A DNA stretch of 64,000 nucleotides from Paramoeba atlantica (taxonomy: Eukaryota; Protista; Discosea). Of this stretch, positions 60,258 to 64,000 are shown in pieces; position 1 is the stretch's first letter, and every line of letters starts with the position of its first letter. The notes under the pieces were generated by a model. That model was not told the DNA's origin. It saw only the letters and a program-made list of their open reading frames with translations, and did not search any database. A program made the translations under genes and the position numbers. The DNA is taken from contig CDRNVI010000058.1 of the NCBI GenBank assembly GCA_977017575.1, positions 62,001-126,000 of the forward strand, given 5' to 3'.

Positions 60258-61013
60258 CTAGTTCGAACTACGATTTCGCACACAAGTGGGTACGTGAGAC
60301 TTCATATCTGGGAAGGATGGCAAGGTCGCACCACACCATAGACAGTTCATTGGACCGTTCTCAAGACCGTGGTACTTTACTTTCTGTGTTTCATCCAACG
60401 CTGTGATTCGACCATTAGAAATCAAGTCGTTCCACACGTGTGTGGATTCTAGAAAGAACTGCGTCCCAAATGAGTTGTAATGTTTCTTCTTTTTCAGACA
60501 AGATCCCTGGAGATCCAGCGACATTACATGCATGTGCAGTGGACGCAACGACGGAATGGCATGAAACCCGGTGATAAATTTATATTTCGGAAACTGTGAC
60601 CTTAACCCGTGTTTCAGATGTTGACCGAGTTGCAACATTCCGTGGAGCATATTTACATGGTTTTTCGAATCCGCACGCAATCGAGTTAAGGTGTCAAACT
60701 GCGTGTTGGAAGGCAACACTAGCAGATGATAGCGAGATTTAGGGAATTGGTCGTAGAGCACCAAGTAGTTCCCGGATGCGAGGTAGAGGGCTCGGGTGTG
60801 ACCGGTGGATTGGTACTCCTCAACAGCTCTCATAAGTGCGTGGAGTCCGTCGTTTCGTGAAGTGTCCAGAGGCGGGGGTCCGTTGTAGGCGGGAAGAGGT
60901 GAGAGGGTCGGGGCTGCGGTCGTGAAACGACGCAGAGTTGGGTAGTAGGACAGCGAGTTGCTGAATGAGCATGCCAATACCCTCGCACTACGAGGGTACA
61001 CGGACATGCACAA
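60258..61013 (-). CDS. APTX: Aprataxin-like HIT hydrolase with C-terminal zinc finger
   Basis: YDQFPKSRYHLLVLP, GFHAIPSLRPLHMHVMS, CLKKKKHYNSF, CLWC...SH. Confidence 0.9.
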   Translation of the reverse strand: MCMSVYPRSARVLACSFSNSLSYYPTLRRFTTAAPTLSPLPAYNGPPPLDTSRNDGLHALMRAVEEYQSTGHTRALYLASGNYLVLYDQFPKSRYHLLVLPSNTQFDTLTRLRADSKNHVNMLHGMLQLGQHLKHGLRSQFPKYKFITGFHAIPSLRPLHMHVMSLDLQGSCLKKKKHYNSFGTQFFLESTHVWNDLISNGRITALDETQKVKYHGLENGPMNCLWCGATLPSFPDMKSHVPTCVRNRSSN

Positions 61014-61362
61014 ACAAGAAGAGTATTCGTTTCTGTTGTAGAGATGAGAAAAGCGTAAAATAAAGGGAGTTAAAATTTAGCATAAGATGTGACGCGAGAT
61101 CCACTGGTATCTGAAATACAGTGTAGATGTGATCAGAAATACAATGTATGTGTTCTCAAATTGAATAAGAGACGTAACATGTCGAGAAGCTTTTTATTTT
61201 GATTTTTGATAAAAGTGTCACCGTAAAGTTGAAAGATTTTTCAGCTGTACCTGCCCGTTGCCGAAAGTGTGGACCAATCAAAGTTTGTAGTGGCCTTCAA
61301 ATGTATAGGAGTCGAAAAGAACTTGTTCTGTCGCGAATGACACTCGTAAGAAACCGATCATC

Positions 61363-62760
<1,398 letters not shown>

Positions 62761-62939
62761 TTAGATGCTAAAAAAAACTAGGTGTATAGCAAAAGATAAG
62801 AGTTCGTGCTTTCGTACGTTTCGGATATTCAACATTAAAAGACAACGGCGAGAAGGGATAGAAACCAGGCGATTTTCTCTAAAAAAGAGTTTTAGTCTTC
62901 CAAAACGAGCTATAGACATGAAGTTTTTTTTGCACGAAG

Positions 62940-63464
62940 TCATAGTCTTTGTATTCGAAGCTTTTCTTTCAATAATTGTGCTATATGCTTTTTTCTCCAT
63001 GCCTCAATGGGCTGCGCCTCAATCGAATTACGCTCCAATAGAGTCTTGATCTTAGCATCTCTGTCCGCGTCTGTGGTGCTATACATTCCTGTGCATTTGC
63101 GCTCCTCTCGGAGCGTGTCATGGGACCAGCGCAACATTTCCTTCGTGGAGGGATGCGTAAATAAGACCCCACCGTCCTCCAGCGCGTACGGAACCCAATG
63201 CTTTGACATTGTGCGGTGAACATCCGAAAGAGGACCGTCTCTACTCCCGTTAGGACGCGGTCGTTGTATGTCATGCCTGGGTGCAATATCCACGGATCTA
63301 TTTTTTCGAGTTGTCATTTTTCCTACACCATACCCGTAAGGTCCGTACGTGCGATAGGCATGGTTGTATGACCTCCCTTTTCTTGATCCACTAAGGGGAT
63401 GCTTTCCTCTATCAATTTGCGTGCTTTTGGTTCCCCGCAATCGAGATATCGAAGCTCGAAGCAT
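62940..63464 (-). CDS. Basic hypothetical protein, probably mitochondrial
   Basis: MLRAS.. presequence, K/R-rich, GPYGYGVG motif; family not recognised with certainty. Confidence 0.6.
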   Translation of the reverse strand: MLRASISRLRGTKSTQIDRGKHPLSGSRKGRSYNHAYRTYGPYGYGVGKMTTRKNRSVDIAPRHDIQRPRPNGSRDGPLSDVHRTMSKHWVPYALEDGGVLFTHPSTKEMLRWSHDTLREERKCTGMYSTTDADRDAKIKTLLERNSIEAQPIEAWRKKHIAQLLKEKLRIQRL

Positions 63465-63598
63465 ATTGTAGAATCTTAAGAATATGATGTTTTTGAAAAC
63501 AAATTAGTGTTTTAGCATTCAGCTAAGTTTAGCAGATTTGGTTTTGAAATAAAGACGGTGCTGTGTATCAAATCCCAAACTCGACAAAAACAAGATTG

Positions 63599-64000
63599 CT
63601 ATTCGTCAACATAATTGGAATCTTGACTCCCATGTTCTCTCTTTTTTAGAAACCGTGGAAGTAGGGTAGTGTACGTAAGGGATGCAAGAGATGAAGTAAT
63701 AATTACTGCAAGCATGCAAACGAGGTAAATATCACTTGCGCGTTGCTTTCCCACCATGAGCGCTTCTTGTTCCAAGGGATCGTCACAGAACACCTGGTTC
63801 TCAAAATATAACAGAGGAACAATGGCTTGAGCAGCTTGCGTAGTTGCTTTACCTCCCCAGAGAATTGCTGAACACATTCTTTCCGAAAGGCTCACATTTG
63901 GAAGAATGAACAATAATAGAAATGTAACGCCGATCCGCGTCATTAGTCCAACAGCTAAGCACGGAGCAGCCATGCGAAGAAAGCTCCACCTGAAAAGATC
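63599..64000 (-). CDS. 3' part of a multi-TM hypothetical protein (runs off window)
   Basis: Frame stays open from 64000 to the stop at 63599; two hydrophobic helices. Confidence 0.55.
   Translation of the reverse strand, partial: DLFRWSFLRMAAPCLAVGLMTRIGVTFLLLFILPNVSLSERMCSAILWGGKATTQAAQAIVPLLYFENQVFCDDPLEQEALMVGKQRASDIYLVCMLAVIITSSLASLTYTTLLPRFLKKREHGSQDSNYVDE

Overview
Intron-less eukaryotic DNA in which all ~22 host genes lie head-to-tail on the minus strand. Together with a spliced-leader (SL) RNA gene and an REH2-type RNA-editing helicase, this identifies a kinetoplastid. The trimeric dUTPase and abundant DNA transposons argue against a trypanosomatid and for an early-branching lineage such as Perkinsela (inference). 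Host genes: divergent transhydrogenase alpha, dUTPase, ValRS, UBC9, succinyl-CoA ligase alpha, two proteasome alpha subunits, RPT3, RPS15, REH2, Dre2, a J-protein, PIF1, a 2858-aa double-repeat protein, NELF-C/D-like, aprataxin, RuvBL1 and several hypotheticals. Three transposon-rich islands interrupt them. (i) 1-7.4 kb: an RLE-type non-LTR retrotransposon and a Tc1 element, both nested in a hAT-like transposase. (ii) 19.7-23.1 kb: a full-length DD30D pogo-like element whose ORFs reconstruct to a transposase-Ulp1/SUMO-protease fusion. (iii) 30.1-38.0 kb: a solitary SL RNA gene with structured downstream DNA, perfect palindromes, a second retroelement inside a pogo transposase, and Merlin-like (GG-terminal TIR, 8-bp TSD) elements carrying a 178-bp satellite. 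Best leads: the pogo-Ulp1 fusion, the solitary SL RNA locus, the novel Cys/His repeats and conserved 3' hairpin of the retroelements, the satellite-carrying TIR element, and a possible non-AUG mitochondrial ValRS isoform. No database searches were run; family calls rest on motif recognition.
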